64,000 nucleotides of DNA from Planctomycetota bacterium (GTDB taxonomy: Bacteria > Planctomycetota > UBA8108 > SXIK01). Positions 20,833-30,590 of the stretch are shown here, piece by piece. The stretch's first letter is position 1; each line of letters starts with the position of its first letter. The DNA is taken from assembly GCA_965223845.1 (NCBI GenBank), contig CBDCXR010000004.1:1920001-1984000 (forward strand), given 5' to 3'. Both the position numbers and the translations under genes were made by a program. Under the pieces are notes generated by a model that had not been told where the DNA came from, did not search any database, and saw only the letters and a list, made by a program, of their open reading frames with translations.

Positions 20833-20870
20833 TGGTGAAGCGGTCGCGACCCGGGTCGAAATCGTCTCTG
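20833..20870 (+). repeat. 38-bp direct repeat, copy 2
   Basis: See 15279-15316. Confidence 0.8.
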
Positions 20871-20976
20871 ATCTACGGACGATTGCTCGCCTACCGCAGC
20901 GAGCACCTCACAGTCCCGAATCCGCCGTTCTCCCGGTGAGGGACTCGGCTCAGCAGCCCGGTCTACAAACCGCGTT

Positions 20977-20995
20977 TGAGTTTTTTGACCAGACG
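20977..20995 (+). mobile_element. Orphan IS right inverted repeat
   Basis: TGAGTTTTTTGACCAGACG, one mismatch from the IR at 30124-30142. Confidence 0.75.
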
Positions 20996-21081
20996 GATCG
21001 ACGATCACCGACGAAATCGAGGCAAAGTTCGAACGACTGAGATCGCGTGCTCGAACTCGATCATCGAGTCGCAGCTCCGCT

Positions 21082-22632
21082 CTACTTCGCCGGAAGGACC
21101 TCCGAGCGCGACACCTTTTTCCCGAAGTGGTTTCGAAGCAAGATCACGAACTGCTCGGCGGTCACGACTCGCGTCTTAGGAGGGAGGAGGTCGATGCAGC
21201 GCTTAACCGCTTCCATCGGTCCGCCGATGGACTTGAACGACCACGCGTGCACATTGATCAGTGCATAGCTCGCGGAGTCGTTCGTCGGATCGGCCGGAAG
21301 CTCTCCGATGGCTCGAGCTACGCCCTCGGGACTCTTCTCCGGCTTCGGCTCCCAAAGAAGGTAGCGGTACGAGACGCAAGGCTTCCCGCGGTGCCAGAGG
21401 ATCCGGCCCTTCTCCGAGTCGTAGATCCAGCCTTTGTAGATCGCGCCGAGCACCTCACGCTGTTCGAGCAGCTCGAGGCTCTCCTGCATCGTGCCGCGCG
21501 AATTGAGAACAGTGACGACAGAGAGCCGTGACTTCTTCATCAGCTTCGCGGTACGCTTCGCGAACGCCGAACGGTCGGGCAGGTAGTGGGGAAACGAGTA
21601 ACCCGCACCGCTGGGACCCGTGATGAAATCGTCGAGGTTCGCACCCGTCGATGCTGTCCGGTAGAAATGCCGAAGAGCGCGCGGTGCGACTTCCGAGAGG
21701 ATCGGAGCCATCTCCCACGTCATCGGAAACGTACCGCGGTGAGGGCTCGCCCAGAAGCCGCGGGCTTTGACGAAGCCGCCTCCCATCCACTGGATGTTGT
21801 CACCGTCGCTCATGACGAACGCGACGATTCGTTCTCCCTTCTCGGCCGGCTCCGGGTAGCGACGCGGGCGCCGTGGAATCGCGACCGTGAGCCTGGACAG
21901 CGTGGAGAGGTTGTGTGACCAGTCCGCAGGCAGGACCGTTCCACCGCTCTGGCTCACCGAGCGGACGAAGTCGTGCTCGCCCTCCCAACCGAAGACGTTG
22001 GGCGCTCGTCCGATCTTCCGGAGGATGCGGATTCGCTCCCGATCGCCGACGCCGTAGAAGCAGAACGCGTTTTGATGGACCGCCCAGTCGCGAAGGTGGG
22101 CGTGCTTGGACTCGTCCTGCACGACGACGACCTTGGAGGAGAACAGTTGGGAGTGCTTCGCGAACGCCCGGACCTCGTCGATGCCGCGCACGTCCAGGAT
22201 CTCGCGGAGACCGGCCTGCTTGGCGCGGTCAACGATCGAGCCGTCGACGGCGACCGCCCGCCTCGGACCACACAGAGACGTGGCGACGTTGATGCTGTCC
22301 GTCTTGAGGTCGTAGACGATGTAGCCGCGGATCGAGGATCGAAACTTCTCGACGAGATCCCAGACTGAAGCGACGTCGTGAACCTTCGTACCCTCGCCGC
22401 GCATCTCCTCGAGCAGAAGGGCATTCATCCCCGAGCTGCGGATCCAGATCGCCGGCTTCTTCTTCGAGATGAGACCTTGAAGGGAGAGGGCGAGTGTCTG
22501 CTCGGCGTGAGTGAGCTTCTTCAGGTCGACGCTCCAGAGCTCGGGAGGGGTTGGATCCTTGGCTCGAGCGAGAGTCGAGCTGAGGAGGAGCAGGACAGGA
22601 AGCGACGAAGTTACGAGGACGCGGGCCTTCAC
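21082..22632 (-). CDS. GxGYxYP-family putative glycoside hydrolase
   Basis: Signal peptide; SLQGLI, FVMSDGDNIQW, GPSGAGYSFP, VHAWS. Start uncertain (ORF open to 22725). Confidence 0.85.
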   Translation of the reverse strand: MKARVLVTSSLPVLLLLSSTLARAKDPTPPELWSVDLKKLTHAEQTLALSLQGLISKKKPAIWIRSSGMNALLLEEMRGEGTKVHDVASVWDLVEKFRSSIRGYIVYDLKTDSINVATSLCGPRRAVAVDGSIVDRAKQAGLREILDVRGIDEVRAFAKHSQLFSSKVVVVQDESKHAHLRDWAVHQNAFCFYGVGDRERIRILRKIGRAPNVFGWEGEHDFVRSVSQSGGTVLPADWSHNLSTLSRLTVAIPRRPRRYPEPAEKGERIVAFVMSDGDNIQWMGGGFVKARGFWASPHRGTFPMTWEMAPILSEVAPRALRHFYRTASTGANLDDFITGPSGAGYSFPHYLPDRSAFAKRTAKLMKKSRLSVVTVLNSRGTMQESLELLEQREVLGAIYKGWIYDSEKGRILWHRGKPCVSYRYLLWEPKPEKSPEGVARAIGELPADPTNDSASYALINVHAWSFKSIGGPMEAVKRCIDLLPPKTRVVTAEQFVILLRNHFGKKVSRSEVLPAK

Positions 22633-22749
22633 GGATTTACTCTCCACTCGAAAATGCAATTGTAACGAGAGGCCCAGTCGCTTCACTTCTTGGGGTGGAA
22701 CTTGAAGAACATCTCCGCTGTCCACTCACCGAGCATCCACTCCAATCCC

Positions 22750-23132
22750 GCTTGGGCAAGAAACTCGAAGTCGCTCGGGTGGCTCCACTTCCGAACTCGG
22801 CCCTCCGCGTGATCCGCGGTTGTGACCGCAACATCATCGCTCACAGACAAGGTGAGAGCGAGATGGACTGGACGCAGTTCCTTGCGTACGTGACTGGCTC
22901 GGTCGCTGAGGAGCTTCTCCCGCCGGGGCTCGTGACCTACTAAGTGCTGTTCTTCATGCGCGTCAGATCGCGGCGAGTGTACGTGGCCGGCGTCACGCCG
23001 CATCCGGCAGCGGAGTGGGTCGTACAGATCGCTCGAAACGTCACGATGGCGGGAGACGGATTCCTCGAAGGCGTCCGTTACCTCGTCCACGACCGAGACT
23101 CAAAGTTCTGCGCGGCGTTCGCCGAGCGATGA
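22750..23132 (+). pseudogene. Internally deleted rve-type transposase remnant with left end
   Basis: MDWTQFLAYVTGSVAEELL joined directly to GLVTY*VLFFMR..RRVYVAGVTPHP..HDRDSKFC; homologous to 29065-30126. Confidence 0.88.
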
Positions 23133-23375
23133 TCGAAGCCTTGGAGACCGAGAACTGAGAACAAACAGACAGCGTAATCGTCCGACTGCCACGTCGTCCG
23201 GCGATTGATCAAGCCGATCAGACCGCGTAATCTGCCACGGGGAGCTCCACACCCGACTGCCCGCCGCCACACCTTTTCGCCTCTCGCAAGTTCCACGGCA
23301 ACGTGAAGTAACGTCTTTGCGTTGCTGTGAAGAGGTATCCGAGCTGGTGCACGCACTCGACTCACCGAGGGCAAG

Positions 23376-24245
23376 ATGAGGAATAGGATCCAACGTAGCG
23401 TCATTTTCTTGGGTGGCGTGATCGGCTTGATCGTGGTTGCCGTCGGTGTCGATGTTCTCATCAACTACGAGCGCCGAGCCGGGGCGAAGCGGACGGACAA
23501 CAGCCTCGGAATGCCCCTGGTCTGGTGCCCGCCAGGGAAGTTCACCATTGGGAGCCCAGAGGACGAGGCGGGTCGCGACGAAGACGAGGATCAGGTGGAG
23601 GTGGAGCTGACGCGCGGATTCTGGCTGGGTCAGCTCGAAGTGACGCAGTCGGAGTGGGAGCGCGTGATGAACACCACGCCTTGGAAGGGCCAGAAACTCG
23701 TGAAGGAGGGACCGCGGTATCCGGCCACCTACGTTTCTTGGCAGGACGCCGTGGCGTTCTGCAAGAAACTCACCGAGCTCGACCGCGCCGCGCGAAAGTT
23801 GGGGGCGGACGAAGAGTATCGTCTGCCGACCGAGGCGGAGTGGGAGTACGCGTGTCGTGCGGGAGAGCCGACGGCGTACTTCTTCGGGAACGGCGCTGGG
23901 ACGCTGGGGGAGTACGCGTGGTTCAGGACGAATGCGTACGACGCGAATGAAGAGTTCGCGCACGAGGTGGGAAGCAAGCAGGCGAACGCGTGGCATCTTC
24001 ACGACGTGCACGGAAACGTCTGGGAATGGTGCGCGGACGCGTACACCGAGAATCTCCCGGGCGGCCGCGACCCTATCGGCTCCGGTTCTAACGGTTCTCC
24101 CGGCGCCCACCGGGTGCGCCGGGGCGGCAGCTGGTACGATGGCCCTCAGAACTGCCGAGCGGCGTTCCGGTTCAGGTTTGCGCCGTCGGTCCGGTTCAGC
24201 AACCTGGGATTTCGGGTCGCCCGAGTTCCGCGTAGCGGAAGTTAG
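23376..24245 (+). CDS. FGE-sulfatase (SUMF1)/CLec-fold domain protein
   Basis: NSLGM, LEVTQSEW, VSWQDA, YRLPTEAEWEYACRAG, GNVWEWC, RGGSW...NLGFRVA; N-terminal TM segment. Confidence 0.93.
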   Translation: MRNRIQRSVIFLGGVIGLIVVAVGVDVLINYERRAGAKRTDNSLGMPLVWCPPGKFTIGSPEDEAGRDEDEDQVEVELTRGFWLGQLEVTQSEWERVMNTTPWKGQKLVKEGPRYPATYVSWQDAVAFCKKLTELDRAARKLGADEEYRLPTEAEWEYACRAGEPTAYFFGNGAGTLGEYAWFRTNAYDANEEFAHEVGSKQANAWHLHDVHGNVWEWCADAYTENLPGGRDPIGSGSNGSPGAHRVRRGGSWYDGPQNCRAAFRFRFAPSVRFSNLGFRVARVPRSGS

Positions 24246-24494
24246 TCCAGCCGCGGAGACGGAATCGTAGCCCGGCGGTGCGAAAGCGGAGCCGGCCTCC
24301 TGTACGAGGGTTCGGAAGGAGCGCAGATCTGAAGATCTGGTATCCGAGTGAGCACAAACGCAAGCGCGTTCTGTCCGAAAACACAGTCCGTGGTACAAGC
24401 TCCTGACCGGTACCGCCGGTACTGCGTTAGAGGTATTCGCCGGGTGGGAATCGCCATCGAGGCGTTCGCTCTGCCATTCGGTTGAAAACTCAGA

Positions 24495-24560
24495 GGGCCA
24501 GGCGAGGATCGTGTCGGGGGTAAGGATCGTGGCGACCTGGTCCAAAAGGCTACGTCCAAG
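24495..24560 (-). pseudogene. Short transposase fragment
   Basis: [21 protein letters not shown] matches [21 protein letters not shown] of the adjacent transposase. Confidence 0.8.
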
Positions 24561-24561
24561 G

Positions 24562-25890
24562 CGTCCTGTCCAAAAACTCATCGGACGTGAATTCCCGAAC
24601 TGAACGAAGCTTATCGACGTAGACGATCTCGAATCTCAACCGAATCGATTAATCGGCCGACTGGTCGTCGAAATCACGCAGCAAATACCGGCGAGAGGCT
24701 CGACAGCGAGAGGAAAGAGGAGGCGGTGCGATCTACGCCGCCTGCCGGTAGTAGTACCGGAGCAGACCACCGAGCCGTTCGCGACATCGAAGTCTGCCAT
24801 GTGCACGTTCGGGATCACCGTCGATCAACTTGTTGCCGATCCCCTTGTGACATCGCGCTCGGTGGTAATGATCTGCGAACGACCTGACTGCGCGTCGAAG
24901 CGACGCCTCCGTGAAGAAGATCATCCGATCGAGGCACTCGCTCTTGATCGACAAGACGAATCGCTCGGCGTAGGCGTTCAGATTCGGCGACCGCGCGGGC
25001 AAGCGTACGACGCTCACCCCAGCACCGGTAAGGAGCTCGCGAAACTCCCCGGTGTACTTCGCGTCGCGATCGAGAATCAGAACTCGCTTGTCGAGAAGAA
25101 AGCCATCGAAGGCGTCCGTGAGGCCACGGCCGACCTGGAGCATAAAGCGCGAGTCCGGAGTGGGGGAGATGCCTGCGACGTGGACTCGTCGGGTCTTCAG
25201 CTCCATGACGAACAGCACGTAGTACGAGATCAAACCCGTGGGTCGAGCGACCTCGACTGTGAAGAAGTCGGCGGCGGCGAGCACGTCCCAGTGAGCTCGC
25301 AGAAACGTGCGCCACGGCGTTCGTTTCGTTCGCTCGAACGCGGGCTCGATCCCATTCTCCTTCACGATGTTGGCGATCGTTCCTCGCGACAGCTCGTGAC
25401 CAACGTGGGCGAGCGCTCCTTGGATCCTCGTGTAGCCCCACGTCGGATTCTCTCGCGCCATGCGGACAACGAGGTCCGACAGCTCGGCCTTCGTTCTTGG
25501 TCGACCGGGCCTTCTTCGGTCGGAGTAATCCCATTTCCGAGCGATCAGATTTCGATACCAGGCGAGGATCGTGTCTGGCGTAACGATCGTCGCGACCTCG
25601 TCCAGAAGGCGACGTCCGAGGGCCTTACCCTTTACTGCCAATCGACGGCGCTCGTCATCGGTCAGGCGAACACGCCTGCCGCCGAGTTGCCGCTTGAGGA
25701 CTCGGTTCTCCTCCACGAGGTAGCCGATGATGCCTTGCTGGTGGCGATTGATCCAGCCGGCCACGGTGATCAGCAGCAGCTGCCAAGGGTGAATCGTGTT
25801 CATACTTCCGATGCTAATCGGGCGAACGGCCCGGGAGCAAACTCGGTTAGACACGTGGTTTACGACTCGGTTGAGTTTTTGGACACGACG
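24562..25890 (-). mobile_element. IS element A (rve/DDE, IS3/IS481-related)
   Basis: IRs GCGTCCTGTCCAAAAACTCA (24561-24580) and reverse complement of 25872-25891 (GCGTCGTGTCCAAAAACTCA), 19/20 identical; no TSD seen. Confidence 0.88.
24733..25803 (-). CDS. Integrase-core (rve) transposase
   Basis: [13 protein letters not shown]; DDE motifs [23 protein letters not shown]. Confidence 0.93.
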   Translation of the reverse strand: MNTIHPWQLLLITVAGWINRHQQGIIGYLVEENRVLKRQLGGRRVRLTDDERRRLAVKGKALGRRLLDEVATIVTPDTILAWYRNLIARKWDYSDRRRPGRPRTKAELSDLVVRMARENPTWGYTRIQGALAHVGHELSRGTIANIVKENGIEPAFERTKRTPWRTFLRAHWDVLAAADFFTVEVARPTGLISYYVLFVMELKTRRVHVAGISPTPDSRFMLQVGRGLTDAFDGFLLDKRVLILDRDAKYTGEFRELLTGAGVSVVRLPARSPNLNAYAERFVLSIKSECLDRMIFFTEASLRRAVRSFADHYHRARCHKGIGNKLIDGDPERAHGRLRCRERLGGLLRYYYRQAA

Positions 25891-25891
25891 C

Positions 25892-25917
25892 GGATGAGTT
25901 TTTTGACCATACGAGTT
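25892..25917 (+). repeat. Orphan copy of the right end of IS element B
   Basis: GGATGAGTTTTTTGACCATACGAGTT is identical to 30121-30146. Confidence 0.9.
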
Positions 25918-26393
25918 CCGAATCAAGCTGCAACTAAGTCGCGGAGCGCGCCGCGAGAGTTTTCGCGCCGCGTCGTCAGATGTCAATCGAAGAGATGTCC
26001 GATTCGAATCTTGAAGCTCACGTGATCTCACGCGCGATTCCGGGACAGTTAACGCACCGATGGGCGAAATTGCTGCACAGTCGAGCGGCCGGCTTCGGGG
26101 CCATTTCCGATCGGGATCACGTGGGAAGAGCGGCGACGGCAGACGCGCTCTCGCCGTCGTATCCTCAATGCTCCGCGTGGCATTGCAAGTGCCGGGCTAT
26201 TGGTCAAGCGGCCCTCGTTGTTCTCTTATTGGGATCCTGCACTTTCCGTCGTTCGGCGTCACTGTCAAAGTAGTCGCGAAGCGACACTTTGCCCAACGGC
26301 GGGAGGATCTTCAGTCGCTGGTCAGGCGTTTCCGAGGCGCAAACGCCAACCCCGCTCAGTTGAACATAGGCACTCGCTGAGAAACCTCATAAG

Positions 26394-27287
26394 TCATCGG
26401 GTGTCACGTAGGAGGAAAAAAGAGTCTCGGAGCATGTGCATCGCCGAATTCACTGCCTGTGTGTTGAAGTCCTCAACTTCGGGGTTTTCGTCGTAGGACA
26501 CATAATACACACGACGGACGCCTTCTGTCTTGAGTTTTACTGTTCGTAGGATCCCGGCGCTTTTGCCCTCCTTCATGGCTCTCTGCGCAAACCGCAGCCC
26601 GTCCTTGTCGTCTACGGGCACATCTCGATAATTCCCGGCCACGTCATGCGTGGCAATCACCTGGCTTACAACCCGAGATCGCTGATGATTTAATATATTC
26701 ATAATCGTCTTGTGTGCCCCGAATAACATTACGAGTTGATCGTAGACATCGCCAGGGAGCTCTTCGCGGGCTGCATGCGCAAATAGTCCGGTCTGAAGGA
26801 GCTTATCAACGAAGTCGTCTTCGTGCCCCTGGGCGATCATGTCGGGATCGAACCGGCCTCGAAAGCGTTCGATGGGTTTGGGGAGTTCGATTTCGTCAGT
26901 GTACCGTGCGGCAAACTGTTCGAATTCGAGAGCGCCGATGGAATCGGGGCTATTTTCCGAGTGCCAGGCACTTAAGACAGGAAGTTGTCCAAGAGTTTTC
27001 AAATCAATCTCAATTCGAGATACTCTTTCGCTTACCTGCTTGAAGCCCTCAAGACACTCGTCCATAACCGGGGCGAAGTCCTGTATTATTTGCTCTCGAC
27101 CTCGAATGTTCGCGTCGATCTGGAGGCTGAGTTCCTGAACCCGCCGCTCTGTCTCCGTCTGTCTTGACAGGACTTCCTTGTAATTAAAGACAGGTGACGT
27201 GAATACGCCGATAGCTATGGCCGCCAAGAGCGCGAGGATGCTCAGGTTGAGGGCGGTTGAACTCTTGACGATCGCGGTTGCGGGCAT
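26394..27287 (-). CDS. Hypothetical membrane-anchored coiled-coil protein
   Basis: Long ORF in lower-GC DNA; TM segment LSILALLAAIAIGVF followed by a heptad-like stretch. Confidence 0.7.
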   Translation of the reverse strand: MPATAIVKSSTALNLSILALLAAIAIGVFTSPVFNYKEVLSRQTETERRVQELSLQIDANIRGREQIIQDFAPVMDECLEGFKQVSERVSRIEIDLKTLGQLPVLSAWHSENSPDSIGALEFEQFAARYTDEIELPKPIERFRGRFDPDMIAQGHEDDFVDKLLQTGLFAHAAREELPGDVYDQLVMLFGAHKTIMNILNHQRSRVVSQVIATHDVAGNYRDVPVDDKDGLRFAQRAMKEGKSAGILRTVKLKTEGVRRVYYVSYDENPEVEDFNTQAVNSAMHMLRDSFFLLRDTR

Positions 27288-27353
27288 GTTGAATCCATCA
27301 AGGGTTTCGAGTCTCACGCACGGTCGTACGGTTGAAAGCGCGGGTATGACGGG

Positions 27354-27683
27354 TTATGAGCTCAGAGGGCACTCGCAGAACGCCTGTCCGGACGCGGGGG
27401 ATACCTCTTCCGTGCACGCCGAACAATCATCCTTCTTGAGGGAAATGAAGATTCCACTGGCACATACACACTCTTGAGTGTAACTAACTTTTCGGTTGGT
27501 CAGTGGTCCGGACCCGGAGTTCACACAAGTGTCGCAAACTTCTCCGGTCGGTGGCGATTCGCACGACGAGTTCTGGCCACAGATCGGGTCCCAGCAGAGC
27601 TTGCATCCGTCAGCCAGGTCCAGCGTAACCTCGTAGGTGGCCTTGCATTGTCCACTGAAGGAAACCATGTCGGCACTATGCAC
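27354..27683 (-). pseudogene. Cys-rich protein, probably 5'-truncated by IS element B
   Basis: 13 Cys in about 100 aa; the ORF begins immediately at the IS left IR. Confidence 0.6.
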
Positions 27684-27738
27684 CTCGTATGGTCAAAAAA
27701 CCCGAACGCCACCGATCGGATGTAGTGCTCCCCTCAGG

Positions 27739-28581
27739 TCAAGCCACCTGGTTGGATTGTTTTGACCGGAACTGAGCTGGGCTGAGATAGCCGAGCGCCT
27801 GGTGAGGGCGCTCCTCGTTGTACCAGCTGATCCACGATTGAACGGCGCGTCGCGCCTCCTCGAAGTCTTTGAAGTTGTGCTGCCAGGTGCACTCTTCTTT
27901 GAGGCTCCTGAAGAACCGCTCGATCATGCCGTTCTGCTCGGGCGTGTACGGCGTGATGTACTCCTGGCTGAGGTTGTACGTGCGGCAGGTCTCACGAAAG
28001 CGTCTGGACTGGAATACGAGTCCGTTGTCGCTCCGGAGGATTGGCCTCCGCCCTGACGGGCGGAGGGTTCCGAAGCGATTGAGGCAAGCCTCCTCGAGGG
28101 CTCGCTCGGCCTCGCGAGCCCTCGCTCTCAGCGAGAACTCGTACCCCACCACTTCGCGGTCGTGACAGTCGATGACTGCCGAGAGGTGAGCCCAGCCGTC
28201 GCGTCCGCAGGGGATGTGAGTGATGTCTACAGCCCAGCGAAGGTTGCTACGCTCGGAGCGACTCGTCCGTGTCTGAGCCCGCGGTCGCGGCGTTCGCACA
28301 CGCTGATGTGTGAACCAGCGTTTCTGTTTCAGCACGCGATAGACGACCTTCTTGTTCACTCTGATCCCACGCTGGAAGCGCAGAATCGCCCAGATCCGGC
28401 GATACCCGAAGGTCGGGTGCTCGGTGATGATCCTGCGGATCTCCTTCACCAAAAAGGCTGATAAGGGGTGTTGTCGCTTGCCACTTGGACGATCCGGAGG
28501 CTGCCGCTGCAAGCTCGAGCGGCTCACCCTCAGAACTCGACAGACTCTCCGCTGGGAGGAGCCTGGCTTGACGTTCATCAC
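27739..28581 (-). CDS. IS3 transposase OrfB
   Basis: FGYRRI, WAVDIT, SDNG, PEQNGMIERFFRSLKEE, YNEERPHQAL. Confidence 0.95.
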   Translation of the reverse strand: MMNVKPGSSQRRVCRVLRVSRSSLQRQPPDRPSGKRQHPLSAFLVKEIRRIITEHPTFGYRRIWAILRFQRGIRVNKKVVYRVLKQKRWFTHQRVRTPRPRAQTRTSRSERSNLRWAVDITHIPCGRDGWAHLSAVIDCHDREVVGYEFSLRARAREAERALEEACLNRFGTLRPSGRRPILRSDNGLVFQSRRFRETCRTYNLSQEYITPYTPEQNGMIERFFRSLKEECTWQHNFKDFEEARRAVQSWISWYNEERPHQALGYLSPAQFRSKQSNQVA

Positions 28582-28904
28582 TCGCCGGACGTCCTCGGCT
28601 CGAAAGGGCGGTTCTTCGTCGCTTCGCGAAGAATGTCCAGATCGATCACGAGCTCGCCCACCTTCTCCTTGAGCTTGCGAATCTCCTGATCCTTGTGCGC
28701 GTCCTCATCGCGCGGTCGAGAGCGCAGCGCGTTCTCCCCAGAGGACAAGAACCGCTCCTTCCAGTCCTCCACCTCACCGACCGTCAGACCGTGCTTTCGC
28801 GCAGCCGCCGTCACCGTGGTTTCGCCCCGAAGAACAGACAGCACCAACGCCCCTCGACGCTTGGCGGTCCACCTCTGCAGATTCTCGGGAATCTCGTTCG
28901 CCAT
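28578..28904 (-). CDS. IS3 transposase OrfA
   Basis: RWTAKRR..LV HTH plus LKEKVGEL zipper; GGAGG RBS; 4-bp overlap with OrfB. Confidence 0.92.
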   Translation of the reverse strand: MANEIPENLQRWTAKRRGALVLSVLRGETTVTAAARKHGLTVGEVEDWKERFLSSGENALRSRPRDEDAHKDQEIRKLKEKVGELVIDLDILREATKNRPFEPRTSGE

Positions 28905-29064
28905 GAGTCTTCACCTCCGTGACCGATCTGATCACGTCGTAACGGTGGACTCAATCCTGAAGGGGGCAGGATACGGAAGGACTTAGAGCTCCCGCTGACC
29001 GCTTGATTCTACCCGCACGCGTCGATCATGATCGCGGGTTTCAGACGGCGGTGTCGAGGAAACG

Positions 29065-30126
29065 ATGGATTGGAAGAAGCTGCTAGTGTACGCGACCGGC
29101 TCGGTTGACGAGGAGCTGCTGCTTCGGAACGAGTACCTGGTGACGGAGAACCGGATTCTCAGAGACCAAATCTCCGGGCGGCCGAAATTGAACGACGGCG
29201 AACGTCGCGCGCTCGCCGAAATCGGCAAGAGACTGGGCCGTCGTGCTCTCGAGGAAATCGCGACGATCGTCAAGCCGGACACGATTCTTGCGTGGCACCG
29301 GCGTCTGATCGCGAAGAAGTTCGACGGCTCGAAGAAACGACGGTCGCCAGGCCGTCCACCGATCGACGCTGAGATCGAGAAGTTGATTGTCGATCTAGCC
29401 AAGGAGAATCGGAGCTGGGGCTACGACCGAATCGCCGGCGCGTTGGCGAACCTCGGACACAACGTCAGCGACCAAACGGTCGGCAACGTTCTGAAGCTGC
29501 ACGGTCTTCCGCCGGCGCCGACGCGCTCTAAGGCCACGACGTGGAGCGAGTTCGTGCGCTCTCACATGGACGTCCTCACGGCGACTGACTTCTTCACCGC
29601 GGAGGTGTGGACGAAGGCAGGTCTTGCTACGTACTACGTGCTGTTCTTCGTCCGGTTGTCGACGCGTCGCGTTCACATCGCCGGCATGACGCCGAATCCG
29701 CACGAGGACTGGATGGTCCAGGTCGCTCGGAACGTCAGCATGGTCGAGTTCGGATTCCTTCAGGCCGGCGACTACCTCATCCACGATCGCGACGGGAAGT
29801 TCTGCCCGAGGTTCATCGAGACGCTTGAGGCCGCCGACGTCAAACCGGTCAAGTTGCCGGCGCGTAGCCCGAATCTGAACGCGTACGCCGAGCGCTGGGT
29901 GCGCAGCGTGAAAGAAGAGTGCCTCTCGAAGCTGATCCTCTTCGGCGAGGCCTCGCTTCGTCGAGTTCTGTCCGAGTACCTCGAGCACTATCACGGCGAG
30001 CGAAACCACCAGGGAAGGGACAACGTCATCTTGTTCCCGGCCGAGGAGTTCGCAGTCGACGGGCCAATTCGGCGGCGACAGCGGCTTGGAGGGCTGTTGA
30101 ACTACTATTACCGGGAGGCCGGATGA
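29065..30126 (+). CDS. Integrase-core (rve) transposase
   Basis: [10 protein letters not shown]; [24 protein letters not shown]. Confidence 0.93.
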   Translation: MDWKKLLVYATGSVDEELLLRNEYLVTENRILRDQISGRPKLNDGERRALAEIGKRLGRRALEEIATIVKPDTILAWHRRLIAKKFDGSKKRRSPGRPPIDAEIEKLIVDLAKENRSWGYDRIAGALANLGHNVSDQTVGNVLKLHGLPPAPTRSKATTWSEFVRSHMDVLTATDFFTAEVWTKAGLATYYVLFFVRLSTRRVHIAGMTPNPHEDWMVQVARNVSMVEFGFLQAGDYLIHDRDGKFCPRFIETLEAADVKPVKLPARSPNLNAYAERWVRSVKEECLSKLILFGEASLRRVLSEYLEHYHGERNHQGRDNVILFPAEEFAVDGPIRRRQRLGGLLNYYYREAG

Positions 30127-30282
30127 GTTTTTTGACCATACGAGTTAGATGGTTCTCTTCGAGCGCCGGCACGAGCCCACCTACAGGAAGGCGATAGTGC
30201 CAGCCCCAACAACCTTTTCTTGAGCTGGGTTGCTGAGGGCGTTGCCGTTCTCAGCTCATCAGTGATGCGAAGGAGATCAGCG

Positions 30283-30492
30283 ATGACGCTGACAAGCATC
30301 GGGACCCGGTTCAAGACCGGGCAAACGTGTGTCGAGTCGGGACGCTACCGGTTCGACGGTTACCTCGACGGAACTTCGACTCCAGCTCCGACGCCCGAGG
30401 AAAAGGAGATCCCGTTGAGCCGGGGGGAAACGTTCCCGCCTATTCGTTCGACGGGCAAGGCGTGTTGGTGGAAGCTCGTCCAGCGGATCTAG
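30283..30492 (+). CDS. YjzC-like small protein
   Basis: AGGAG RBS; FKTGQ...SG.Y...L..GETFPP...W pattern. Confidence 0.75.
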   Translation: MTLTSIGTRFKTGQTCVESGRYRFDGYLDGTSTPAPTPEEKEIPLSRGETFPPIRSTGKACWWKLVQRI

Positions 30493-30590
30493 CACACTTC
30501 CGATCGACTGCACAGGGGGACTGCGTAGCTGTGGTCCCCCTGCTTGCGTCGAGGTGTAGGCGCTCAGCGGGTTCGTTAGACTTGGACAGG

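Larger units (their letters stand above)
27721..28973 (-). mobile_element. IS3-family element with 4-bp TSD CGGA
   Basis: Imperfect IRs TGTAGTGCTCCCCTCAGG / TATCCTGCCCCCTTCAGG; CGGA at 27717-27720 and 28974-28977. Confidence 0.9.
27686..30142 (+). mobile_element. IS element B (rve/DDE) interrupted in its leader by an IS3
   Basis: Perfect IR CTCGTATGGTCAAAAAAC (27684-27701) and its reverse complement (30127-30144). Confidence 0.88.

Noticed and set aside
9000-24300. Integron cassette array
   Set aside because: The genes are mostly co-oriented singles, but no recurring attC (RYYYAAC/GTTRRRY) structures were seen and the integrase does not look like IntI.
11440-24500. Complete diversity-generating retroelement in the window
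   Set aside because: No reverse transcriptase, Avd or adenine-variant template repeat was seen.
23100-24581. 493-aa minus-strand ORF
   Set aside because: Chimera of an IS end, a transposase fragment and the antisense of the FGE-like gene.
24799-26025. 408-aa plus-strand ORF
   Set aside because: Antisense shadow of the transposase.
30143-30280. 5' half of the Cys-rich gene on the far side of IS element B
   Set aside because: Joining the flanks gives an in-frame stop, and there is no TSD.
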